This document shows, one piece after another, positions 1 through 12,951 of a stretch of 64,000 bases of DNA. The DNA is from Narcine bancroftii (Eukaryota), in assembly GCF_036971445.1 (NCBI RefSeq), contig NC_091469.1, forward strand, positions 225,494,001 through 225,558,000. Direction: 5' to 3'. Both the position numbers and the translations under genes were made by a program. Within the stretch, counting starts at the first letter, position 1, and every line of letters begins with the position of its first letter. The notes below the pieces were generated by a model. It did no database searches. It was not told where the DNA came from and saw nothing but the letters and a program-made list of their open reading frames with translations.

Positions 1-625
1 TGTTCCCACCACCCAGATTTTTCTTCATCTTCATCTGTCCCATTCGGGACAGGACAAGCAGAAATAATTTTGAATCATTGTAGCAAATAAAATTAATAGG
101 ATAAATAGCTCCTTTGGTGTTTCAGACTTTCATGGTGGTATTCAAACTGATATTTGAATTTTTGAAAATTCTATACCAATTCAGGGAATATACATAGCTT
201 GAGGCAAAAACTGGACAATGAAATTTCACCAAATATCTCTCATTGTTGATAACATACACAAAAGCAACAGGTTTAATCTCCTATCTTCTAAGATTTTCTG
301 GATCAGCCAAATGATGACAGATTAGGAATGCCCTGAACAGCTAGCTCAAGAGTAGTGAACTCATTGCATGTATTTGCATTTCCGTTGAAACACTATTTCA
401 GGCCTTGCAGCTGACCTTCAGAGTTCCTCATCAATCAGAATAATCCAGACATTAAATTCCTATTATGGTGTTGAAGTCCAGGAAAGCTACTAAGATGGAT
501 TTGGAAAGAAGAGATATTAATAGTTGTACAACAACAGAATTTAAAAAGCAGGATTTGGCCTTGTAGATTCAAAGAATATTTACTGTTTAACACCTCTGGG
601 GGCTTATTTTATTTTTAATTTTTAT

Positions 626-850
626 ATTTAGATATACAGCACAGTAACAGGCCATTTCAGCTCACAAGCCAGTGCCACCCAATTAACCTACAACCCCCCA
701 GTACGTTTGGAACGATGGTCGGAAACTGTAGCCCACAGGGGAAACCCACGCAGACAAACTCCTTACAAACATCGGGGGATTTAAACCCCAGTCCCAATCA
801 CTGACGCTGTAATGGCCTTGCGCTAACTGCTGTGCCAACCGTGACACCCC
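626..850 (-). mobile_element. V-SINE (HE1-like)
   Basis: Same family as 36333-36581. Confidence 0.85.
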
Positions 851-954
851 TTTTGATTGTGGAGCAGGATGTCCTGAATGTCTGTTAAAGAGAAGATAAA
901 AAGAATGATAATGGCAATGTTCATAAGCAAGAACAGTGGAACTATGGATCCCCT

Positions 955-1915
955 ATTGCCCATCATACAGTATATATTGACTATTAACTGAATAAATAGT
1001 ATGATGGGCAGTGAAAAAGATTTCCTAAGATTATAGCATGATATTGATCAATTGGGAAAGTAAGCAAAGAAATGGTAAATGGAATTTAGCTCAGACAAGT
1101 GTGAAGTGATAGATACACTTTGGGAGGTTAAACCAGGACAGAACATAAACAGTGAATGGCAAGAACAGAGAGACGTTGAGTGTTACAAGTATGTAGTTCC
1201 TGAAAATGGCGACATAGATAGATAAGTTTGTGAAAGTATAAGGCATGCTTTCCTTCATCGCGCAAGGCATTTGGGTACAAGTGTAGAGATAACATGTTAC
1301 AGCTTTACAAGATGTTGGTCAGACTGCACCTGGAATATTGTGTGCCGTTCTGACCGCCACTCTACAAGAAGGATACGATTAAGCTACAGAGGAAAAGATT
1401 CACAAGTATGTTGTCAGGACTGGAAGGATTGTGTAATTATGATAGACTAAATAAAATGGGATTGCGTAGATAGGGTAAATGCTCAAAGCATTTTTACCAG
1501 GGTAGTAATGTCTAAAATTAGAGAACTTAACTTTAAGAATGAAAAGATGTAAAGAGAACCTAACAGGCATTTTTTTTCCATGCAGCAGGAAGTGGGTATA
1601 TGGAGTAAAACACGAAAGTCTGCAGATATGGTGATTGAAGTAGAAACACAATGCTAGAGAAACTCAGCAGGTCAAACAGTGTCCTTTATATTGCAATAAA
1701 GATTAATAACCAAAGGCTTAAGGCCTTCATCAAGGTATAACAAGATGCCAGATTAAATGGAAAAGGGGGAGAGGGTGCAATTATAATATTTAAAAGACTT
1801 TTGGACAGGTTTGTGAATTGGAATGGTTTAGAGGAATATGGCCAAAAATGGACAAATAGGACGAGGTCAGTAAAAACCTTGGTCAGCATGGAAGGTTCTT
1901 GTGCTGTATGACTCT
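955..1915 (+). mobile_element. CR1 LINE 3' fragment with a Penelope terminal repeat inserted at about 1607-1745
   Basis: Homologous to 19284-20175. Confidence 0.75.
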
Positions 1916-1984
1916 AAGATCTCCCAATTTACAAAATCACTTTGATGGAGTATTCAGAGTGACTCAAGCACTGAGGTCAAACTA

Positions 1985-2960
1985 ATCATCTTCCTACAGC
2001 AACCTCCTCTTATCCAGTCTCTTGTAAGGATGTCAGTCCTTTCTGTATTTCTTTATGTCTGCCGATGAAGCTTTCAGATCCAGGACATCTGGAATGTCCT
2101 TTTAATGTGGTTGATGGGATCCTCACTCTTATTTCTGCACAATCCCAAAACTGCTTCACAGCCCCACTCCCCAGACAGAATAGAGCTAGAGATTCTTCTA
2201 TTCTTGCATTTCACCTGACCAGCCTCTGCACCCAGCAGATCATCCTTCTACATTTCTGTTAACTGCAACGTGATCCCGCACATCTTCCCCTCCAACTCCT
2301 TTCTGACCTCTGCTGGGATGAATCTCTCCATGACTTTCTGATTCTCTCACCACTCTGACCAACATCCTCCTTGTCCCCTGGCACTTTCCTCTGCAATCTC
2401 AGGAGGTAGAACACTTTACACCATCTGGGGACCTAAAGCAGCTCTCTAGGTCAGGTAAATATTCATAAGCATTTCCTCCACCCTCATCTGCTGCATTCAG
2501 TGCTCTTGACATAACCTCCTCTGCATTAGCAAGACCAAGTGTAGAATAAGCAACTGTTTGAGCTCCTGGTTGCAAGTCATTTTAACTGCCCTTCTCACTC
2601 TTACTCTGTCCTTGGTCTTCATCACTGCCAGGGTAAGGGCAAATACAAACCAGAAGAACAACACCTCATATTCTGCTGTGAACAATTATTTTTTCCAACT
2701 TCAGATACTCTGCACTCCCTCTCCTTCTTCTGATCTACCCAAATTCTCCCAAACTTCTCTCCATGCCCCCGCCATGCATTTGTTTTCTTTCATTACCTGA
2801 TTTTATCTGCTTATCCCCCACACATTAACCTGCAGGATCTCCCATCCCCATCCCCAATTGGTTCCATCTGCCCATCATCCATGCCCTCACCTAGTTCCAT
2901 GCATAACCTTCCAGCTCCTGCCCCACCCCTACTATTAAACTATTGGTACATTCTGCCTTG
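1985..2960 (+). mobile_element. Penelope-like element remnant
   Basis: Homologous, in the opposite orientation, to about 37800-38650; pyrimidine-rich 3' region. Confidence 0.55.
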
Positions 2961-4924
2961 CTGGACATGCCTGAAAGTGTTGTTATCAGCAATACACAGG
3001 GGTGCTATTTTTTTTAGGTGCAAGAGCTCACCAAAAACGGTGACTAGAAGGAGTCATGAAACCTGGCCTTGGTGGCCGCCATGCTGTATTTGGCGCTGTA
3101 TAATTGAGAGCGAACGGTAGGACGAGGAATGAGGACAATTGGTTGTGGAAGAAACAGGTAGCTTGTATATCCAGAATAGTGCTCAGTGGGGTGGGGGAAA
3201 GGGCGCTATTGCCGCCTGGAGCAATGAGATCCTGGAGCGGCTCCATGAGGTGCCTGAGCAGTGCTCCGGTGAGCCCCAGCAGCATTGCAATCCTAGCAGT
3301 TCATAATGCAGACCAAAGAAAGTGCAATAGGCTTCCAGAATCAGAATTTATTATCACAAAATTTGTTGTTTGCGGCTGCATTATAGGTGCAAATATTGCC
3401 ATAATTCCATTTTAAAGAATAAATAATTTTGTGCAAAAGAAGAGAAGGTGAGGTAGTGTCTGTGGTACATTCAGAACTCTGAAAACAGCTTCTTCCCTTT
3501 TGTCATTAGATATTCTCTCTCTCACCTCAATGTGACTTAAAATACTGGAGGCAAGCAATTGAAAACCATGTTCTCAGTGATGCAGTATTTACTGCAGGAA
3601 TTTATGTACTAGAAAAGGCCCTCATTAAAATTCAGATAGGGACTGAGGTTAATAACGGCACTGGAATTATAATTATTTTAGAAAGAATATCAATCGGTCT
3701 AATTTCCTGGAATTTCAATAGGATAATGCTTCCTTTTCCTCCGCCATTATGAATTTGATTAATTTTTACCATGGCTAGGTGAAAATAATTGTAATGATAT
3801 TACGTGGAAAATTTAATTGAGAACCTCCTGAAGTCAGTTACCTTGCAATTGCAGTGCAGTTTTCACATCAGGTAAGCATGTGATGAAGAGTTTGCGCCAT
3901 GCTTCTATTGGACCCCTACATAGGAACTTGAAGAACGTGGTCCAGAGCACACCTATCATTGGGTAGTCCTGGGAAAACATGATCTCAACATGTGGTGTAC
4001 TGGAGGGTCTGCAATGCGAGCATACTACTCACCTGCAATTGCAAATATACAGCATTGGAAAGACACAAAATGTAGGCAATTCATGTCTTTTGAGTTTAGT
4101 GAACAAACCCGGAGTACAGGTTGCAAACAGTCCTTGGTGTACAAAAGCCCTGACTTTATAAAACTTTACAGATGAACTTTAAACAATATTTTGAAAGAAG
4201 TTAAGCTTCACAGGCGAGTCTATGAGGCAAATTCAATGATTTGGAGTTAGCCAGTGTGCTCAGAGCCTGACCCTGCAGCTGCCAAGGTAATGGGAATTAA
4301 TGGTTTGAGCTGCTATGCCGGTTGTTCAAAGTGTCTACATTGGGGATGGATTTGCCAGCTGCTGCAGGCTAACAGGCATTTTTATTTTGGAGTTGAGCAT
4401 TATTTCCCTGGGCATTTGAGAGACCAGCAAAATGGATGGGGATATATGTACCAGCTGCTATGGGGATCCAGGCATCTTCTGCAGGGTGGAAATGGGGCAT
4501 TTCCACATGACTTCTCTTGCAACCCTCCAACTTTTGAGCTGGAACAACCAGAGGCTGAGCCCAGCCAAGCTAGTGTACTGAGTCACTCTTCCCCCTACCA
4601 CCCCCTGCCCCCCCCCCCACAATGCCTGATCGCTCTCCTGTCACAGCTGTTTTTGTGATCTTCTCCTACACACTGTTTTTGTTCATTTCTGACATACAAA
4701 AATTTACAGATTATAAACAGTTCTAAGTACTGGAACCCTTTCAAAACCCAGGGATAGACTGTACTGCAAAGTAAATACCTACTATAATCACTTGACAGCG
4801 AATATGCTGTCAATGCAGGACCAACCCCACAATGACCTGCACTGGGATAGAATGATTCACTCCACATGGCTATATGTATTCTGAGATTTAAAAGTTGCAT
4901 TTGATTTGCCTTTATTCCAATATA

Positions 4925-5281
4925 TAGTAAAAGTCCAAAAATTTGGACGCCAAAAATCTGGATCACCTGAAAATGCAGGCTTCTCAAAAACTTGGCTGAA
5001 ATCGGACCACCTGAGAATCTGGATTTTCAAAATCCCTCGGCTTAGGTGTGTGTGCGTGCGAGCGTAAGCACCATAGTGACAACAAATGACCATGCAGCAG
5101 TTGCAGAAATGTAAGAAATCTTTTTTTTTTGGTACTTTTATACAAAAAAATGCTTCATTAATAAACTATCAAAATTTAACCTGTTTATTCTCCTTAAATT
5201 TGAATTTTAATTGTACTGCCCAAGAATCTGGAAAATCCAAAACCCAATCCCCGAGGAGTCCAGATTTTCAGACTTTTTCTG
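4925..5281. mobile_element. Tc1/mariner-pogo type MITE
   Basis: Imperfect TIRs TAGTAAAAGTCCAAAAATTTGGAC / GTCCAGATTTTCAGACTTTTTCTG, flanked by TA. Confidence 0.75.
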
Positions 5282-7447
5282 TATTTACATGCATAACAAT
5301 ATTTTTACTCAGTAATTCAATTGTTGGATTGACTTTATGTGTGATGGAGCTTCATAGCGGATCTTGTTACGAGTGTGTTTGAACCCTTGATCATTATTTT
5401 ATACAATGTAACTTCTATGTAGCACTGTCTCATGCTGCAGCACATGCCTGCCCACAGGGAATTTCAGAGATTTTGTACAAAGGGAATATAGTCTGGATCT
5501 TCCTAGCAGTCTAATTATTTTGTTAAAAGAGAGAAAGCATCATCCTTTGACTTAATATTGAACTAATTAAATAAGATGAAACAACTTAAGATGAATGGCA
5601 AAAGTAATTAGTTCCAACCAACTTCAAATGAGTAGATATTCTGTGTGTGTAGTCCTCCAAATAAGTGTGTGTGTGTGTTTAAAGAAAATCTGTATTTGGA
5701 AACAGGAGATCTTCACAGTAATGTGTTACACAGCCATACATTGCCACACACAAGATAACATCACAAATACTTTTGTGGAGATTGGAATACGAGAATGCTG
5801 TGCTCCAGGAGGAGGTGGTGGGCAACATCTCTGTGCTGATTTTTGTCACCATGATCTATGTAGTTTCATCTTGTTTTGTTGCTTTCTCTCCATTCCTTTT
5901 AATGTTCGTCATTTTCAAACAGTTGTTTGATTTCATTTTTGACATTGGTTTGAGGCAGTTCTGCATTCCAACTCTTCTATGTACAGACAGAGTCGGAAAC
6001 TTTCTTTTTATGTGAGGATCTTTTTTGTGTTTTAATAAACCATGAGGTCATAGAGTTAGAATTATAAACAATGTTGAAACAGAGCTTTCAATCTAACGTG
6101 TCTCTGTTGACCATACTGTCAACCTGAGGTCGTCCTGTTTGGCTGCATGTGACCATATCCCCTAAATCTTTCTTATTCTATTCCTGTCTAAACAGTAGAA
6201 TTTTACCCACCTCCTCAACTATATCTGGCAGTTTATTCTATATACACACCACTGTCTGTGTGTAGAAGTTGAGATAGAGTGAAAAGCCTTGTTTTGCAAT
6301 CTAATCAAAGGGCAACAGAGTTCCAATGCTCTGGCATAATCTTACAAAAATTAATAAAAGAAGAAACTCCCTTCAGAGATACTGAGAGATCGAGGATTAC
6401 ATCCTTTCCTATGGTAATAGTTGCCTCAGCCGCTGATCCCTGAACTACTGTACCAAATAGCCGGCCTCATCGCCATTTATTTTTCTTGTTGTTCCTGCAT
6501 CTTGGCTAGCAGCAAGAAACCTGCAGCCTCTGAGCCCAGCTGCTGCTCTCTATCACACCTCCTTGACCCCTAGTCTCCATTCCCCGAAGCCTTTGCTGCC
6601 TGCAACCCAGCAGGAGGTCTTCAGGCTCCGAGCCCCATCTGGAGCCTGCCTTATCTGGCTCCCCTCGCTCCACCGTGTTTGGCTACCTGTGCTTCTTATT
6701 CCATTCCAGCAGGACTGACAGAAGCCGCACCGGCAACAGCGTTCCTTCATCAGAATCCTGGCTGACCTGGACTGAAGTTGCATATCACTTGTCTTTCTCA
6801 GACCACCAAGATGCACTCTGCATACTCCATCATCTTGATCGATACCACATTTGAGGTATTGTGCATAGTTTTGGTCACCCAGCTGTGGGAATGATATTTT
6901 TAGCTGGGAAGTGTCCAGAAACAATTCATGAGGATGTTCCCAAGACTGCTTGAGTTATTGGAAAGGATGGATAGGCCGAGACTTTTCCTCCTTCAGGTTA
7001 GGAGGCTGAGGGGTGACCTGAGAAAAAGTTTGTGACCATAGCTAGGCCCTTTATGATTTTACATATGAAAGTAGATTCACCAAAAGCAGTTGGTTAATCT
7101 AGGAGGATTAGTTAATTAGAAATTCTAGAGTAATTTCAAATTACCTGACATAAAAATGGAATGGACTTGTCTTTTTTGTCCATGAGTGCATGTGTGCTAA
7201 ATTGAGCATTTTATATGTATGGTCAGCCCTTCAGATATTTTAACTTAGGAGCCAAAAGCAAAATAAAATGTGGATGTCAATAAACCACGTTTGAATTTAC
7301 TGGGATATTTTACATCTGCCAATAATAAAGGTGCACAAAATGTTATTTCATGATTGTCCATGGTAACTACAATGTATAGATTTAAAATATATTTTTATCA
7401 GGCAAGAGAATATTGAACAGACAACATTACAGTACAAAACAGTACAG

Positions 7448-8218
7448 GTTCTTTGGCTTGGCTTCGCGGATGAAGATTTATGGAGGGGTATGTCCACGTC
7501 TGTTGTAGGCTCGTTGGTGACTGACAAGTCCGATGTGGGACAGGCAGGCACGGTTGCAGCGGTTGCAAGAGAAAATTGGCTGGTTGGAGTTGGATGTTGG
7601 GTTTTTCCTCCTTTGTCTTTTGTCAGTGAGGTGGGCTCTGCGGTCTTCTTCAAAGGAGGTTGCATCCCGCCGAACTGTGAGGCGCCAAGATGCACGGTTG
7701 GAGGCGAGATCGGCCCACTGGCGGTGATCAATGTGGCAAGCACCAAGAGATTTCTTTAAGCAGTCCTTGTACCTCTTCTTTGGTGCACCTCTGTCTCGGT
7801 GGCCAGTGGAGAGCTCGCCATATAACACGATCTTGGAACGGTGATGGTCCTCCATTATGGAGACGTGACCCACCCAGCGCAGCGCAATTGGGTCTTCAGC
7901 AGCGTGGATTCGATGCTTGTGGCCTCTGCCAGCTCGAGTACTTCGATGTTGGTGATGAAGTCATTCCAATGAATGTTGAGGATGGAGTGGAGACAGCGCT
8001 GATGGAAGCGTTCTAGGAGCCGTAGGTGATGCCGGTAGAGGACCCATGATTCGGAGCCGAACAGGAGCGTGGGTATGACAACGGCTCTGTACACGCTGAT
8101 CTTTGTATGTTTCTTCAGGTGGCTGTTTTTCCAGACTCTTTTGTGTAGTCTTCCAAAGGCGTTATTTGCCTTGGCGAGTCTGTTGTTTATCACGTTGTCG
8201 ATCTTTGCATCAGATGAA
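7448..8218 (-). mobile_element. RTE-clade (BovB-like) LINE 3' fragment
   Basis: RLAKANNAFGRL, TKISVYRAVV..LLFGSESW, LYGEL..G.R.RG.PKKRYKD.LK, C..C.R.C.S.IGL.SH.RA. Confidence 0.92.
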
Positions 8219-8379
8219 AACTACTCAACAATCTAAACCTTCCTATCTCACACCCATAACCTCTATTTTTCTTGCATCCATGGGCCTGAGTAAAAATCTT
8301 TTAAATGTCCCTATTGTACCAGCCTCCAGCACCAACCCTGGCAATGCATTCCACAGTATTTAAGTTTTTTCATTTGTGC

Positions 8380-10270
8380 AAACTAATGTGGTTGCTAACA
8401 ACTTATTTTTTTAAACCCCCTCCTCCCCCCTAAAAACTGCAAAGCAGTACCACCCTCATCGACTCTGGCCGGTACCACAAGTGGCAGATGACTTTGAATT
8501 CGGCAGGGTCATTTACCCCTCCACAGCCGGACTTACAAGAAAAATTAATTCATAAACTTCTTGTCCAGATTGATTTGTAGTATCCTCTGCCACGTCAATT
8601 ATTTGCACCATCTCCATCTTCTACAGTTCTCTCCCATTTCCATTCTTAGATTTAGCAATATTGATTGCTGGCTTCTTAGAAAGATTGAAACTCAACTTGT
8701 TATCTGGTAAAGAATTAGCAAAAGTTAAAGCATCCTGAGCTTTTTCAAAAAATTGATACTGAGCTGGCCCATAAAACACTTTCAACACCGCTGGATATCT
8801 AAATGTCGATCTATAACCTTTCTTCCACAGCACCGTCTTAGCTTGATTAAACTCCTTATGTTGCTGTATAACCTCCTGACTTAAATCTGCATAAAATAAA
8901 ACTCTACTGCCGTGAACCATTATTGGATTCTGATCAACACGAGCTTTCTGTTCAGCAAGACATAAAGTGGTCTCCCAATCCTGATATCTGAAATATCGAA
9001 TTAAAACCACTCTCCCGGTTGTCCCGGAAAAGGTTTCCTTCTTTACACTCGATGAGCTCTACCCAATTCCAGTCTATCCAGAAATGATTCCATCCCCAAT
9101 ATTTCTGGAATCTATTTACGAAAACATTTCATAGGGTCTTGTCCTTCAATATCCTCCGGAAGTCCAACTATTTTGACATTATTCCATTGACTTTGGTTTT
9201 CCAATGAGTCAATTTTTTGCATAAACATATTCTTCTGCATATCCCATCCAGATACTGATTCTTCCACTTGATCCATTCTATCTTCAATTTTCTTACATCT
9301 TTCCTGTACTTCATCCACTGCAATCAAACATTTATTAAGATCCCCTTTCATAGCAGCAATTTCTCCACACAGGTCAGATATTATGCCTTTCACTTCAACA
9401 AATTGTTCATCAATGTTATGAAAGCCAGTAGTTATATAGGTCATAATATTTTCATTCTGCTTTTTTAACTCTTCAAACATTGTAACCACGTCAGGACTAG
9501 GTGAAGGATTTGTTAAAGTAGGTGAAATAGCGGATTTAAAAGGAGAAGCCATTTTTGTAGTTCTGAGCCTACCTTCCATTGCTTCAGCTGCCAACAGCAA
9601 CAATTTCTAGTCCTCTTCATCCAAAAATTCAACTTGCTCTTCCTCTTCGTCTTCTGGTATTAAAACTTACTCTCTGGCCGCCCTGCTGTGGGTCTGGACC
9701 CCAGTCCTCTTCAGACCGATGTGGAGCAGGTCCCCCCGCAGCATAGAACTGGTCCAGCACTTCGCGGAAACGCGACATCGGGCGCATGCCAAGTTGAGTG
9801 ATAGTGTGCACTTGCTGGCATGTCAGCCCGTGTCAGGACACTTCCGGCAGTGCTGTTTTCCCCGTACCCCTGTGCGGCCCCACTCAACTTGCCATCCCCG
9901 GCCACACTAACCACGTCATGCCCGCGGACGTCCTGACCGACGTTGGCGCCATCTTTCGTCATCGACTGGATCCTCGGAGAGGTTGATCTTCTTCAAGTTC
10001 CTCCGGAGATGTCCTCTGGGATTTTGGTTCCATACTTAATTGATCTTGGTGCTCCTTCTGTTCAGTTGGCCCAGATTTTTCATTTTTTCCCACAACTTTA
10101 ATAACTAATTTCTTTTGCTTCTGACCTCTTCCTTTCTTCATTTCTTGCAACCCCAACATTTAATACTTTGTCTGATAACTTCTTAACTTTTAAACAGTCT
10201 TTACAATTCGAGCATTAATTAGTCCTGCCAGGGAGAAACAGATCCCCCGTCTTAGTTCTACGCCATCTTG
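8380..10270 (-). mobile_element. L1/Tx1 LINE 5' part (5' UTR, ORF1 pseudogene, inter-ORF spacer)
   Basis: Coiled coil, then LENQS..NNVKIVGLPE, LIRYFRYQD.E, FYADLS, FRYPAVLKV (L1 ORF1p/Transposase_22-like); 5' end near GGCAAGATGGCG. Confidence 0.88.
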
Positions 10271-12108
10271 CCACCCACCCCCCCCCCCCCCGTCTTTGTT
10301 CTTTGCCATCTTGGCACCCCCCCATGGTTACTAACAACTGTAAGAGAAAATCTGTTCAGCACTGTTGGAATCCCAGTAATAATCGTTGAAGTGAGTGAAT
10401 CAGCTAAATGTTAAAATGTACCAAGTCCCACACTGGAGACTAGTCAAAGCATCTGTTCAGTTTGATAGCAAGTGTTAATGAAGCAGTTATGTAAAGAGAA
10501 TCACGAGAGTCAAAATATGACTTCAGTCTATTACATCTTCTATTGAAAATGAAGCATTAAATAATTTAATCCTAACCTTGTCATCAAATCAGCCCAGATT
10601 TCTGACCTCTAAATCAATGATCTAAACTTTACAAAGCAACAAACCAAACTAATATTCCTTATAGTGCAATCCAGTGATGCTAATTCACTGTACAATCCAA
10701 TCATTTTCACTGCACATCTCATAATATGTCCTCCTGATTTGTGTAAAACAGATTATTATTATTTTAAATCCTATCCATCCCTGTTTCTTCCTGTCTACTC
10801 TTCCTCTGTTTCCCATTGCAGTATTTCCCGTTAGATTTTCTCACCCGCCCCCTCCCCCCATTTACCAGCTGCATTCTCTCTCTTTGCTATGACTTTTGAC
10901 CTGCATAGCAGCCTACAACAATTCCCCCTCAGAAAGTATATCCTGCACGATTTTCTAAATATTGCCTCTGGGTACCATAGGCAGAAAGACCATTCTCCTG
11001 GAGGTGGCAAATAGGATAACTTGGCATTGAAAAAAGCAGCAAGAGGTAGAGGGACTGCATTAATCACTGGTCTGGAAAATAATGGGATAGGAATGCCCAA
11101 GTTTATTTTCATGTCAGAGCTTATGGCTTGAACCTTTCAATGATTAATCTGCTACGATAGTGAGTGTCCAGCTTCCAGTCCTGGTGAATGCCGAATGAAC
11201 CATAACAAGGGAGAGGGGTGGAGAAACGTTGAGCTTCCAGTACTGTTTTTGTTTAACAGCTAACAATGCTTGGGCAACTGGGTTTCAGATGATGGCCTGC
11301 ATTGTGCAATGAAAAACTGATGGCTGAAATGAGAGGGCAATTTTGTTGCGCAATCCACTCTGTAGCATTTTCCAGAATGTAAAATGCATACAAAGCAAAA
11401 ATTGTCCCATCTTTGTAGTTTATGCATTAGAAGACTGTGCAACATAAAATCTACCTGTGCAGTTGTCACGTGTGTGTGTCACTTGTGCTTTCTAAAGACT
11501 GAAATGCTATGTATGTAATCTTTTATGCATTAAACATCTGCAGTATTGATAAAACAGTAAGATAGAAAAGCAGTCATTCATATTGAACTATTTCTTATGT
11601 ATAAACTGTCAATTTTGCTGACATGAATGGGCTAATTTTAGGCTGAATAATTGCTTGGGCTTCTTTCAGGTTCTTGCGAGGCCATATGATCATCAGATGA
11701 ATAGCCTTGTAAATTAACTCTACTAGTTTTTCGCACTGAGCCACTTTCGGTTACTCTGATGCTCTGACCTACCTGCGATCCAGAATAACTGCTTGGATGA
11801 AGAACAAGATGCCTGAACAATTCAAAATCCTGCATGGATCAGGACCTTCAGGGGAAAATACAATTGTACACTATTAATGAAGGTGTCCCAAATTTTGCTA
11901 AATTAAGCAAACAATACTGCCAACATAATTAAAGCCACAACTATGGCTTTATGGCTTTTAAATATAATATTAATTTCAGGGAAATTTTCATTTTTGGCCT
12001 TATAACTGTAATATCCATACCTGGAACGGGAACTAAATCAAATTAAATGTCCACGGTACTAAAAGGAGAAATTTCCATTCTAAATGTCAGTATTCTGGAT
12101 TATGATGT

Positions 12109-12818
12109 TGTTACAAGATCAAACCAGCAACCACAAAGAAGGCATATCTTACAGGGGTAAAGATGAACAATTACTTTATTAACAAAAATTCACCTTCAAA
12201 CTTTAATTCAAAAATCACCCCTTTTATAACAATCCCCACTGGTTGCTATGCAAATTTCTATAACAGTGTAAAACTAATAAATTCCCTAGCCTAAATATAA
12301 CATATGTAATTAAAGTCTAAGTCATATTTCTAACCAGCCCATAGAAAAACGTAGACACAAAACAAACACAAAACACACAAAACTTCGATTTCAACTGAAG
12401 CAAAAATCATAAACCAAATTCAGTTTGTTTGGTAAACTGAAGCCAAAAGATCTTTGAGAGAGAGAGAGAGAGCACAAAATTCGAAGTTGTCTTGTGTTGC
12501 TTGCAGAGAGAGGAACAACTGGCTTGGTACGGATCCTTCTGGCTGCCTTCGGAATTGTTCATTCTTTTTGAAATCCCAACATTCTAAACTGTCCTCAAGA
12601 CCATGATTCATGCTCTGGGCCTTCTTCCACTCCATAGCACCCCCAGTTGTGGTTTATCATCCAAGTCCAGAAACTTTTTTCATTTTCTGCATGTGCTCAG
12701 TCCGTCTCCTACTCTTTCAGCAGTCCATCTTCTCTTTGGCTCTTAAAGGCAAACTGTCACTTTTTAACATAAAACCACACAACACATAGGTCAATACACA
12801 GAACAGAACTCTGTAACA
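12109..12818 (-). repeat. 3' LTR of the Gypsy element
   Basis: Same termini as the 5' LTR; preceded on the minus strand by the purine-rich AGCAGTGGAGG (PPT). Confidence 0.95.
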
Positions 12819-12951
12819 CCTCCACTGCTAAAAAAAATTGGTCCACAAGAACAAATTCTTAACAATTAATGGAAGTATTTCATAAATAAAATAAAATAAA
12901 CACTCCATTTGTTTTACAATAAGTATGTGATTAGATTAATTTCTACCCAGA

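Noticed and set aside
3028-3415. Overlapping 80-100 aa ORFs in a GC-richer patch
   Set aside because: No recognisable domain or splice structure; probably an unidentified repeat fragment.
5595-6015. Hydrophobic ORF resembling a membrane-protein exon
   Set aside because: T-rich composition explains the hydrophobicity; no family match or partner exons.
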